Assembly: GCA_028534125.1 (NCBI GenBank) | Contig: CM052850.1 | Span: 19,840,001-19,904,000 of the forward strand | DNA length: 64,000 nucleotides | From: Lama glama | Taxonomy: Eukaryota | Reading direction: 5' to 3' | In this document: positions 22,456 through 35,199 of the stretch, piece after piece | How the letters are laid out: every line of letters begins with the position of its first letter | Position numbering within the stretch: the stretch's first letter is position 1 | Notes under the pieces: model-generated | Databases searched by the model: none | What the model saw: only the letters and a program-made list of their open reading frames with translations | Told to the model about the DNA's origin: nothing | Position numbers and translations under genes: made by a program

Positions 22456-25400
22456 GGCTCTCCTGCTTATGTATATGACTGCCTATTCAGTGGTGTCTCC
22501 TCAAGCCTATGATGGTGGCCCCAGCCTTCTGGGCTTCTTTCTTGGGCCTCTAGAGCAGCAGTTTTCATCCCTGGCCTACACATTATTCCTACCTCCCACA
22601 CTTAGCACAGGGCCTGGCACATGACAAACATGTAATAAAAATTTTGATTGAATTGAATGGAATCTTTGCCAATATTGTGAGTAGGGCAGGATAGTACATT
22701 ATAAGCAAGCACGCAGTAGAGAATCCATGATATGCCAGTTCCCTTCTGCTCAGACTTTGTAAAGAAAACCATCTCCTTAATTGGAATTGTGTTTGTGGCC
22801 TTAGGGATGACCCATCTGACTTGATATTTTGGTAGCATGGTCTCTCAAATGACCTTTTTTTACTTCCTTGGGGCATCGCACAGCAGGAGAGCCAAGGCCT
22901 GGGGAGGATGATTTCCTCTTAATTGGTGTCTTGGTCTTCATGCTGGCTTCACTAACCATTACCAGGCCACCCTCTGCTCAGACCCGAATGCCCTTGTATT
23001 AACTGCATGATGTCCCTCAGCCATCAGGTTCTATCTCCTTCTGGGAGTGACAAAGTGGAAGACCACAGAGAAATGCCCCAGGCCGACTTGACTGGAGTTT
23101 TATTTTGAGACCATTGGCTTCCTTCACTCCATGAGCGTTTTCTGCCTGCCTCCCCACGCCAGGCCGGTTCCGGGCTGCACTGGCAATGATGAGGCAGCCC
23201 CGCGGCCCTGACCTCGGGCGGCTCACGTCTGTCATGCTAGTAGGTGACCGAGGTTTAATGGTGACGTGACTGGGGACTCCTCAGAGGGCAGGGGAGATGG
23301 GGACTGGTCCCGCCCGGGAAGGCTGGGCGGGGAAGGGTGGCGTTCCGAGGACTGATGGCCTTGTGTCATCAGACTCTCTGGACGGAGAGAGCACAGATCT
23401 TTGGGTCCGAATCTGACTTCTGTTTCTTCCTCACTTGGTAACGATGGGCAAGTGACTGAACCCCCTGGGCCCCCCATGGGGTTGTTCTGAGGGTCTAAAG
23501 CGGTTACAGCAGCGCCTGGCCATGATAAGCGCCCAGTAAATGCCAGCTATTATTTTGATCATGTCCCATTAGTTGTCATGTATTTGGAAGTTGAGGATGG
23601 AAGCATCTACCTCCTTGTCACATCTCAAAATTCTGCTCCCTTCATTCAAATGTGCAACATTTGACTAATATTTATTGACCTACTCTGTGCTGGACAGTGT
23701 CTGAGGCTCAAGGATGCAGAAGTGGATAAACAAAGCTGAAAAATCTGGCCTTCTGGGGCTTCCATCTCGGCAGGTGGGAGACAGCCCCTGGGCCCCGGGA
23801 AAGACACGCTGTCACCTACACAGCGGGCTCAGGAGGAGGGAAGGTGCCTGCAGCTTGGTCCCCAGTACCCGGGATGGGTGCTTAGCGCTGGTGGGCGCTG
23901 AGCAGGGGGAGGGCTCATACTGTCTTCCAGTACGTACTCCACAGCAGGTGTGGAGCCCCTGCGCCCTCAGCAAACAGCATCTCTGGGGATAAGTTACTCT
24001 CTGAAGCCCTGTGGGGTCTCTGTACTCCTCACCTCATATTCAGGATGTGGAGTCAGGTTTGGGTCCCGCTGTGTCTCTCAGGTTGCCTCCTCTGGTCCTC
24101 ATCACCTCCTGCTTATTCAAGGAGCCCCTTGCAGGTCTTCTCTCTCAGCCTGGGCTTCCTGCCCATTTCATCCAGGCCCTGCTCACCTGTAGTCCACCTG
24201 TTGGGATTCAGGCTCAGGGTAGATGAGGTGTGGGAATCCCGGGCATTTTGCAAGTAGCCAGGACAGGGCCTGGGCATAGTTCAATGCTCAGTAAAGATTT
24301 ATAGCGTGGCTAGGTGAGTGAGTGAAAGTCTGGCCCACTGCAGATTACCCAAGTTGTCTTTCTGAAATGCCTGGGGGAGGATCTTTGTAAATTGTTGTAA
24401 CCCTTAAGTGCTGATTCTGGAGCTGATTCAGCAGCCCCCGGCTGAGAACCAGCAGAGGTTACCTGCGCTGACATCCACGCATCAAGAGAAAGGGAGTTTG
24501 GCTATGAGAGAATGTAAACTTTTCTTTGTGTCAAAAAAGAATGCAGTTTTTCATATGCGTTGTTTTACTTCATCCTCCAACACCTGGGAGAGTCAGACCT
24601 GTTATAGCTGTCCTGCAGAGAAGGAAACAGAGGCCCAGAGACGTTAAGTGATGGGTCCAATGTCACAAAGCTAGTGAGTAGCAAAGATATGACTTGAATT
24701 TTGGCTTTTTGGTTTCAAATCCCATGGTATTCAGAAAGAGACAATGGCCATTTTCCTTGTTAACCATCTTGTTCTGTTTGAGGAGAGGATGGTGTGAGTG
24801 TGTTTTGTCACTGACTGTTGCACACTCACAGTTCCATCATGTATAGAAATGCTTGGGAGAAGAAAGAAAGAAAGAAAAAAAAGAAATGTTGGGAGTGTCC
24901 CTGTAGCTCGTGCATGTGTCATGGCCAGTGTGTGCCCGGTGCCATCAGCCATTAGGTTTCAGGGACTTCTGGGACTATGTGGTCCAAGAGTCTCATTTTA
25001 TGGAGGGTATTGAGGCCTAGAAGCCTGTCCGAAGCCAAGCATTTACCACGGTGGAGGCTGAGACCTCCTGGGTCCTCTGATGTCACAGCTGGGGTCCAGC
25101 TTGGTTATGAAGCACCCTGGATTCTTGGAACTTCTCCCTTGTCAGGCCTGTTGGAGATCCAGGTGCCCTCTGAGACACCCAGAGTCCACCTTCCCCAACA
25201 GCTTTGCCTGTTTCCCCTGTTCTCAAGTTCGACATTGAAGGATGCAGAGGGTCTGAGTGATTCCTCTCTGGACCATGAATGACCAAAACAGGATGCTGGT
25301 GGCTGGCTTCTGGTAGGAGCCAGGCAGGACAGTCCCTCTGAGGATGCCAGGAAGAGCCATGGCTGTACTCACATCGGGCAGCTCAACCTGGGATGATGAG

Positions 25401-26341
25401 CATGTGGGTGAAAGATGCGGAGAGTGGATGAGAATGAGGTATCATAAGAAAGAGGCAGGATGAGAACAGAGGAGGGAAGAGGCAGGGGCTTGGCACTGGT
25501 GTGAAAGCACCAGGTTAAGGAAAGAAGCTGTGTCTGCGCAGAGAGCAGCAAACATGAATGCAGTCTTCCTGGCCAGTGGGTGAGGGGCTGGTTTTAATTT
25601 GCATAGTGTTAATTAGCAAGAGTGTCTAATTAGGACAACCATTACAGAGTCACAGTATTAAGCCGATGCTGAATGTCAATCAATTTTGGAGCCTCTCTGT
25701 GAAATCGAAGGAAAAGTTGACCTTATTAAACAGAAAAGATTTCTAAATCAATTATTTCCCAAGTCGAATGCACAAAATGTAGATCTTAATTCAGTAACTA
25801 CAGACTTTAAATGGTATCACTTCTTCCCTGTTGGGGGTTCCAGCCAGTGTCAGAGATCATGAATGGACCACATAGGTGTATACACATGCACACACACACA
25901 CGCACACAATTTAGGATGTCACCTTGACTGGGGAGGTGTCTGCACATCTTTACCTAATACTTCACTTCCGTTCAGTGCCCTCTAGGACTCTGCTTGCAAG
26001 TATAGTTTTCTGTTATTTTCAAATGTTCCAAACAATGAAACACATTTTGAACTTCAAAGTCTCTGGGAAGATCTACTGTAATCATTACCATTCTGGCCTG
26101 TCTTTGGAAGCTACCAGGCAGGCCAGGAGGGCAATTTAGACAGCTGGCTCCAGAGCCAGGGACACACTCCATCACATTCCGCACAGCCTCGGGGGAGGAA
26201 AGGCTGGAGCAGTTCTGAGAAGCCTCACTGCAGAAATTAGAGGTCAGAAAGGCCTGACCAGCAGGGCAGGTGGGGGTGTCTGTGCATGGGAGGGGCACGG
26301 GAGCTGGAGGCAGACAGATCTGGAGTAAATCCTGACTTCTT

Positions 26342-26595
26342 TTCTTTTTTTTCTTTTTTAAATTGAGTTATACTCAATTTACAATGTTGTGTCAATTCTG
26401 GTGTATGGCACAATTTTTCAGTCATACATGAATACACATATATTCATTTTCATATCCTTTTTCACCATGAGCTACTGCAAGATCTTGAATATACTTCCCT
26501 GTGCTATATAGTATAAACTTGTTTATCTATTCTGTATATACCTGTCAGTATCTACAAATCTAAAACTCCCAGTCTGTCCCCATCCACCTCCGCCC
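26342..26595 (-). mobile_element. 5'-truncated, relatively young L1 (3'UTR only) with perfect TSD
   Basis: Poly-T followed by aattgagttatactcaatttacaatgttgtgtcaattctggtgta...; 16-bp TSD taaatcctgacttctt at 26326-26341 and 26596-26611. Confidence 0.9.
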
Positions 26596-26989
26596 TAAAT
26601 CCTGACTTCTTCAACCCTGACTTTGCCATTTGTTGGCCATGTCTTTGGACAAGTTAGGTACCTTCTCGGAGCCTCAGTTTCCTCCTCTGTAAAAGTGGGT
26701 TGATGATGCCCCCCTTGCATGGTAGGCCCCTACAGTAGTGCTTTATACCAGATTATTGTCATCCATGAGAAGTCATAGACTGGTGAAGGGCTGCCTCATG
26801 GCTTGGAGCAGAACAGGGACCACGTGGATGGGGGCGTCTTGCAGGAATGTGGTCTACCCTACTTCCCTGCTAAGACTCCCCTCTGCTCACCTCTGATGGT
26901 TATACCTAGCCTCTAGCAGGATGACAAGAACTCACTATTTTGCATGGGAGCCTAGTTCATTTTGAAGGTAGGGGAAAGCATGGTATACA

Positions 26990-27185
26990 GAAAAATCTGA
27001 TAATATAGCTTAAATCTGGGCTAGTTGTATGACCTTGGAAAAGTCACTTTGTCTCTCTGATCCTCAGTTTCTTTGTCAGTAAAATGGAGACATTATGATC
27101 TCATCTGTAGGGTGTGGATGTGAAATAAGTTGTGTAGAAGACATAGTTTGGGACCTGGTATATAGTCGGTACTTAATAAATGTTA
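26990..27185 (+). mobile_element. MIR SINE
   Basis: tgtatgaccttggaaaagtcactttgtctctctgatcctcagtttctttgtcagtaaaatggaga...aataaatgtta. Confidence 0.75.
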
Positions 27186-27718
27186 CGTAAAAATAAAATT
27201 GCCATCATTAAGTAGCTTCTGTTAAGCACCTGTTGTACTCAGAGCGTCAGAGGTAATACAGTGGAGTACCCTGACATTTTATAGAATGACACTGTATTTT
27301 CAGTCTTTTTTTACATTAAAAAAGTAAGAAATTTGAAAATTATTGGGAATGTACCATATATAAAGTTTTGGAGTCTGGGTTTTTCACTTGATATTATAGC
27401 ATGAACCTTTCCTCATGTCTTCGAATATTCTCTGCAGAAATGGTTATAAGTGGCTACATAGTTTTCCATCACTGGCTATTCTCAAATTTACTTTAATATT
27501 TTGGGGGCATTTAGGCATAGGTGGCTTTAAAAGACAATTTTCATCTGTTGGGATATAATTCTTAATTTTTCCTATTTATTAAGAATTATTACTCTATTGT
27601 TGAAAAGTTCTGAGTTGCAGGGGAGAAGGATTGACCAGTTGACCACAGGACTCCCTCCCAGCCCTATGAGTCCTTTTTAGCCCTTGGATGGGAGTAAGTG
27701 GGGGTCAAGCAGGTGTGT

Positions 27719-27740
27719 GTACATACATACATACATACAT
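27719..27740. repeat. (TACA)n microsatellite
   Basis: gtacatacatacatacatacat. Confidence 0.85.
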
Positions 27741-30296
27741 GTGGTGTATGGCAGCTAATTAGCTAGCCCTGAGTCACTGCCATCACCCAAGGAACCATAT
27801 CAATTTCAAGCTTCATTGGAGTTCAGACAGCAAAGTAAAGATGATAACTCAATATTTTAACAAACAGGAAACATTTCAAGTCCAGCCAGACTTCTTTGAC
27901 ATTTTTTCTAGCTATTCAAAACGGTTGATGGCTTATTTTTCATTGACATGTAATAGAGAATGCAAGGGAATCTGTAGCGTGGCAAGCATTCCTGCTGATC
28001 TGATGCACACTTGTCTCCCCATGGGGCTGGAGCTGGCCGACAAGGTTTCACTGGCCAAAACCAAGAAGCAGGTGGGAGTCGCCTCTTACGTAAAGGCTTT
28101 GAGTTTTAGAACAAAAGGAAGAGGCTCAAAGGAGAGGAGACAGCATCTGGCCCCAGTCCTTTCACCAATTCCTCTAAAAATGATGGAAATAGACTTGGAT
28201 TCTGATTTCAGTTAATTTCTGCCAAAAGAAACAAATTAGAGGTTGAAATGTGCAGCTGATCCCAAACTCTTCTCCCCAGGAAAGGCGTGATGCTCCCCAG
28301 ACGCCTTCAGGCCCTTTTGAGAAGAAAGTTATGGTCATTTCTGGCTCAAAAACATCGAGAGCTATCCCCAGTGTCTTTCTGTAGGGAGGTAGTCTTCTCC
28401 TAAAACGCTGAGCATCCTTGAATTCACTGCCTGCTCTCTGCAGCCCCACTAGATCTTGTGATTTGGGTGGTGTTTCAGGCATCAAGTAGAGCTTTCAAAG
28501 ATGGGAACCTTCCTGAGGGCTGGAACTGTGTTCTGTTTCACTTTGGGCCCACCACTGGAGTGGCACTGCACCAGTCCCCCACAAATCCCCTCCGTGCACG
28601 TGTACGGAGTAAATGACTGCAGGCTGCTCTTCCTGAAACTGTAGACGTGCAAGAGGATAAATGAAAAGTGCATTATGTTTAGACCATCGTCTGGGCAGAG
28701 CAGAATTGAGACCTTTCGCACAGTTGAGTGACCCTACACAGTGCAGAAAGTTGGAGTTTGTGTATACGCCAGGTTGAAAGCTTCTGGTAGGCAGGAGCCC
28801 TCTATCAACATCCTACAGGGTCTAGCCCGCTGTTGGACCTCTAGCAGGTGCTCAGGAAATGAGAATGGTCATGTGACATTATCATGAAAGAATGAATGAG
28901 CTACTTCATTTGTTCTCCCTTGGGTCTCTAGCACTAGCTTGTACCTGGCACAAAGTGGGCCCTCAAACTATGTCAAGTAAATAAAAGGTAGATTGGTGGA
29001 CACCGGGGAGAGCTGCTTTCTTTCTATCTCAGCCTGTGGAGGGTGTCGAGAGCGTGGATTTGGGCATCTGGAAGTCCAAGCCCTCCACTGACTCTAGTGG
29101 TCGCCATATGGACAACACCCCTGGACACTGAAGATCTCAGCCACCTCTCACTCTGTCTCTGAAAGTTTGCCTTCTTAGACAGTGATGTCTCCCTCTCTAG
29201 CTCTGCTGTGGGTTTCACTTGGCAATTAACCATATCCTACCTTTGAATCATATCCTTCCATTGTTAAGCTGTGACATTTGGGTCTGTGTAAATGGATACT
29301 TCTCACATTTTCACTGTTTCCCACTGGAGAGTGGCCCCAAGGGCTTATGGGCAGCGCTGTGGGTGGGGAGTCAGAGGCCTTGGCTTTGAACTCTGGCACA
29401 AGCCACTCACCCCTCTGAACCTCTGCCTGTAATGTCTGTAAAGTTGGGATAGAGGCCAAGGGTTGTTGCGAGGATGAGTGAGAAGAAGCTGTGAAACGAC
29501 CTTGTAAACTGTAAGGTGTTTTACAGACATCAGGCATTTCCTGATTCTGGAGCACGGGGGATGTTTCTCTTGTGGCGTGCATCTCTCAGGATACGAGGGG
29601 CTGCAGCTACACAGTGCTTGGAAGTACGGCCCGGCTCTTTCTGCTGTCTTTGCTCAGGGCTGTGTGCCTGCCTGCCTTTGGGGCTGGAAGCCATCTCTAC
29701 TCCCTGGCTTCCAGATGCCCAAGAGGGCACCCGCTCTGTAGAGGAAGTGAGGTAAATGATAGTAGCCAGCCCTCACAGGGCCTGGCGCTGGTCTAGGCAC
29801 ATGACAGAGACAAATTCCTGTATCTTTCACAGTAGCCCTGTGAGGTAGGTACCAGTGTTACCCTCGTCTGCTGCCCGAGGCACCTGAGTGCGCACAGAGA
29901 GATGGAGTAAGCAGCCTAAGGTTACAGGAGTGGAGTGTGTCAGGGTCTGGATCCAGTGGGCTGGCCCCAGAGCTCTTGCTGCTAACCACGTGGGTCCCCT
30001 GAGCTGCCCTGGGGCTGGAGGACTGCACTGAAGGCCAAATGGCCCACCCAGCCTCCCCCAGCCTCAGGGCCCTTCTCCTGCCCAGGACCCCCTCTCCGCT
30101 CCTGTGCTCGGGGACCCCTTCTCTCTCCAGTAGCTCCTCTGCTGCCCTTGCTTCCCCCTGCCTTTGGCTGAAAACAGGAGATGAGCACGCTGCCAGGGCA
30201 TTCTCATTCATTCCTGAAAGAACTCTACATTGTTGGGGATGGAATGGACCTCGAGAACCCTCAGGTTCAGGTTTGCTAAGAGAAAAGAGAGGCCCA

Positions 30297-30492
30297 GCTG
30301 GCATGGTATTGATGCCTAAACCATATAATAGTGGCACAAAAAACAATTATGCTCGTATGACTTACAAGCATGGAGGCAAAAATTCTAAACAACACATCAG
30401 CAAACTGAATCTAGCCATGTATGACAAACATCATCCATCACGCCCAAACAGGGCTCATCCCAGGAATGCAAATATGATTTAACTCTAGGAAA
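30297..30492 (+). mobile_element. Ancient L1 ORF2 fragment (N-terminal reverse-transcriptase region), frameshifted and stopped
   Basis: Reads AGMVLMPKP..TKNNY then, after a frameshift, MEAKILNNTSAN*I*PCMTNIIHHAQTGLIPGMQI*FNSRK. Compare L1 ORF2 [62 protein letters not shown]. Confidence 0.88.
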
Positions 30493-30594
30493 CAGAGGCT
30501 CTGAGGGCTGCTGCCGGCCCAGGGCCCAGCCCAAGGTGCTTTTGTGGCTCAGGCTACCTTTGTGCTGTATCCTGCTCCCAGGAGGCGCTAGTGA

Positions 30595-30867
<273 letters not shown>

Positions 30868-31233
30868 TAAGCCTGTCTCCACCTCACACCCATCCCCTCA
30901 GTAGCTACTTGGATGATGTCACGAGATGGTATCTGAGATAGTGGCTCTTCTCTTCCAGTTTGGACCCTGTGGGAGAGGGAATTGTGAAGCTGCCTTGTGA
31001 CTTTAGAACAACTGTGACATTATCTGCATCCGGGGATCCCAGAGGCAAACACGGCTCCAGGATTTGGGGGGCAGTCCTGCTCAGAATCTTCATTTAGCAC
31101 CCTTGTACTGTGAGAGCCCCTTAAGACTTACTGTGCCTTTTCTATCTCTTGCTGGATCCTTTCTGAACTTGAGCCACTGAATCCCCCAAGTGAGGCAGAC
31201 CTGCCTCCTGTCCCTCTGTGCACACAAGCATGG

Positions 31234-31271
31234 GTGCGTGCGCACGCACGCGTACACACACACACACACAC
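31234..31271. repeat. Alternating purine-pyrimidine tract: (GT/GC) palindrome plus (CA)n
   Basis: gtgcgtgcgcacgcacgcgtacacacacacacacacac, 38 nt of uninterrupted R/Y alternation. Confidence 0.9.
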
Positions 31272-34200
31272 CCAGCACCAAATACCACTGGGTGTCTATA
31301 TTTCTGACTGGTGTAGACTTCACCCCTGCTGGACTCTGCCAGGCTGGGAGGAGTCATTTTCTAGATAGAATAGAATCTGCTGTGGTCAAGGAGGCCTATT
31401 TCTTGCTGCCTAGGAGTGACTTGGCTTCCAGAGAAATATTGGCTGGACCTCTGGGGTGCACTCCAGTTTGGCTGATGTAGGGAGGCTGGTTCAATCTGGG
31501 CTGGGAAGGGCAGGCAAGAGTGAGCAGATCTGTAGCATCTTCTCCTGACAGTGGGTACCACCCCCCCCCACCCCCAGTCACTTGGCATCTTCAGGCTGAC
31601 CTGCTCTGCTGGGGACCTGCATAGTTCTAAAGGATCCAGATGTTTTTTCTCACATGCATGTGCATCGGATATAATCCCAGTCCTTTGGCAGGAGGAGCAC
31701 AGATAGATGCACATCTGGGCAGCAGGCGAGAGATGGACAAAGACCAGAACCTGGAATCTGAAGAGCTGGGGCTGTCTCGGCCGTGACCTCTTTTGCACAG
31801 TGTGTCTTTGGCCAGTTCTGTGACCTTTCTCGGCTGGAACCTGTGAACTTTTCTTCGTCTGGAACATGGAGGGGATTGTTTATTGCACTGTTGATGGGGG
31901 TTGTGAGGATGAATGAGGAGTGTATGAGAGAGAGCTCTGTTGACTGTAAAATGTCATCCCTTTTGTCACTTGGCATTTCCGGGTGGAATGGCTGCAACAG
32001 GCAGGTATGGGCACGCGCCTCCTGCTCCCGGAGAGGGTCTGCTTTCCCACCTGGTGTCAGGGGCTGCTGCAGCGGCCTGGGGGTGGGAGCCTTGGCTCCA
32101 GGCTCCTTGGACGGGCTCCACTCTGTTGATAACCAGAGGACGCTGGCCTAGAAGGCGGGGACTCTTGAGTCTCTGCGGGGACAGAGGTTGTGCTCTGAAG
32201 GCTGAGTCCCAGACGCCACCCAACACCTCCCTTCATGGGGTCTGAGCTGGACAAAGCAGGTGGGCTTTAACCCAGACCACTGTCCTGTCAACCCGAGGAA
32301 GGAGCCAGGAGTGTAAGGGAGGAGACCGGACCAGAAGTCACAGTCCGGGCTCCCAGCCAGGTTCATCCCACCCCAAACTGGCTGTGGGACCCAGGTATTT
32401 TCTCAACTCCTCTGAGCCACCACACCCTCACCTAGAGAGGGTCTGTACCACTGTGTATCACCTTGCCCTGTGCAGAAGAGGCCACACAGGCCAAAGGAAA
32501 AAAGGCAGAGTCCTAAAGCTCAGCCATGATCCAGGCCTGAAGGAGGGGGAGAAAGGAGCTGCTCCCACCCTCAGCCCAACGCGATGCTCCGCTCAGCCTG
32601 ACCGCTGCTGCTCTCCACCCTGGGCGTGGGGACTGAAAGAACCAGGTGTCCCTCCCTCTGATTCTTTTGGGGTCCTTGTTCCCCAGGAGCCTTAGCTCTC
32701 AGACCTGATCCCGCCCAGCTGTCACTGTGACCTCAGTTCTGGCCTGGTGGCCGGGCTGGGTTGCTGACAGGCTGGCACCTCGCTGGCACCCTTTGTCCAT
32801 CCTCAGCTCACATCCCGTCTCCGCTTCACCCTGGTCATGGGTGACAGAGACTTGCCAGTCACTTGTCTCCGCCTGGCCCTCCCAGCGGGAAGAAACAAAG
32901 TGAAGTCAGCAGCATTGAAACCTGGCTCAGACACTTCAGCCTGAATGACCTGGGTTGGTAACAACTTCCCTGGACCTCAGTTTCCCCATCTGAAGTACGG
33001 AAGTCATCTTACCCACTTTGCTGATCTCGGAAGAGGGTGGGTAACAGTTGACGGTACAGAGTGGGCTTTCGTGAAATGGAAACTGGTCCCTTTCCTGTGA
33101 CCTCTGTCCCACTGCTTCCAGCTGGTCCTCGTTCATGTACTAGCTGTGCCCCAGAGGGTCACTGTCACGACTGCCTGGGACTGGCAGGTGGTTGCACTTC
33201 CCCCCGCTGTGGTCCAGCCCATCCTGCACCATCCACTCCCACCGCCCGGCCCCTTACCCTCCCTGGCCCACTGTCATGTGGAGTCACCCGAACCTGGCCC
33301 TCTCTGTGCCTCTTACCTGTTCAGTAATATCCTTTCTTCTGGAAAGATCTGGCTGGACTTTCTCCTGCCAGAGGGAAATGGGCCCAGTCAGCAGGGCCCT
33401 GGTATGCACTCACCTGGCCACACTGTAGTTTTCCCTTCTAGGTCCTTCTCCCCCAACCTCAGGGACAGTGATGCTATTAATCTTTGTGTTTCCAGGGACC
33501 CGTAGTGTCTCACAGAGGGCACATGTCTGCAGGGCAGATTTTGAATGAAAGGGTACTGGAGTCAAGATACCTGGTTTCCAAAGCCACTTAGACCATGACT
33601 AAGCTGTGTGGTCTTGGGCCTCAGTTTTCACATCTGCTCACTGGGGACCCTAAGCACCCCCATCCCCATTCAGCAGTTCTCTGGTGTAGGTCTGCTGCCC
33701 ACCGGCTGGGGACCTGCTTCCTGAGAGCAGAAAGAGGGGTTATCCTGAGCTTGACGGTGGGGCGTATCCAGAGGGGATGCTTGAAAAACCCCTTCAGGTA
33801 GGAAAAGGCCAGCCCTGCCCACCTGTTGTGAAGCAGGGCAGGGCGGGGCGCGGCGCATCTCCTCCCAGGGGCTGAGGGCCGGGGCTCGCGTTAAGGATGC
33901 GCTCACCTCCTCCCTCATCCACACCAGCTGCTGGTCCGCTTGGCTGAAGTTTAGCAGGAACCAGACGACCACATCTCTACCTCCCCCCAACCTGGCCCCA
34001 GACGCTCACACCCAGGCCTGGGCCCAGCACACAGGGGAGGCGGGAGGTACCTTCTGGAAGAGTATGTCTATTTATTTAGTTTGGACAACTTGTGTTCTTG
34101 AGGAAGAAGAATTCTGAAACATTATTGGGAGGCTCTCAACAAAACCCCGGCTTCAAGTCATGAGCCTGAGGCTTGGCCGCTTCTCACAGGCAACGGGTGT

Positions 34201-34999
34201 AACGCTCCCCAGTGCGGGAGGCCCCCCGCTCTGTCGGCCTGCCCATCCCGGGGAGTCACTGCCCCTTGAGGGAGGCTCTCCCTGGCTGGGCAGTGAGAGT
34301 TTTTAGGAAGTCTGCCCTGCCACTGAGAGGAAACGGGCCTCCTGGGACTTCCAGTAAGCCCGGCTCTGTTCTGAAGCAGGGAAAAGGAGGCACCTGGGTT
34401 TCCCTCGAGGCAGCCTCTGTCATTTGAGGATGCCTGCCCTGTCCCTCCTCTGTCTCCTCTTCTCTTGGTGTTTTGGAGCACGGAGCTTCTAAAGGCCAGA
34501 CATCTGTTCTCCTCAGGCTAGTGTGCACTGGAAAGAAGTGAAAACACAAACCCCAATGTGTTTTGGTTATTTACCAAAACTTTGAAAACTGCACTCTCCT
34601 TTGGAGAGTGCATTCACTCCTGTGGTCTGGCAATCACCAGCATCCCCAGATTGGCAGTGCCAGCCTCCTCTCCCCAGGCTGCAGGCTCACGTTTTCAGGG
34701 CCATTGGTAAGTCTCTGGCTCAACACATAAAACTCTGAGCCCTTTATTGCCCCCTCAACATCCTCCCTCCCTCCCTCCCCTTCTGACCCACCTAGGGCGT
34801 TCATTCATTCAACGTGTGCCAATGAGGGTCTGCTCTGCAGAGAGCCTGGGACAGGAGCCCAGTTCTCTGTGCTGGAAACCCTGAAATCACCTTTGCTTCT
34901 CCAAGGGGTTGCCAACCTTGAGTGACTCTGTGGCTCTAATTTAATGTCTTTGGTGCCATCCTGGAAGGCAGGAGAGCAGGAAGCTGAGAACACAGATTT

Positions 35000-35190
35000 T
35001 AGAGTAGCCCAGCTTGGTTCAAAGCATGCCCTTTGTCACATTGTGGTGTGTGTGGTGGCCTTTAGCAAGTGACTTAATCCCTCTGAGTCTATTTCCTTTC
35101 TGCAAAATGGGACTACTAATAGTATCCACCACAGAGTTGTTGTGCAGGTCAAGTTAGACCATCTGTGCAAAACACCCTAGCCTCAGTGAG
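35000..35190 (+). mobile_element. MIR SINE
   Basis: ctttagcaagtgacttaatccctctgagtctatttcctttctgcaaaatgggactactaatagtatccaccacagagttgttgtg. Confidence 0.75.
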
Positions 35191-35199
35191 GACGTGTCT

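Noticed and set aside
32720-32733. Near-consensus oestrogen response element TGTCActgTGACCT
   Set aside because: One-mismatch EREs are expected about once or more in a window this size; there is no independent support.
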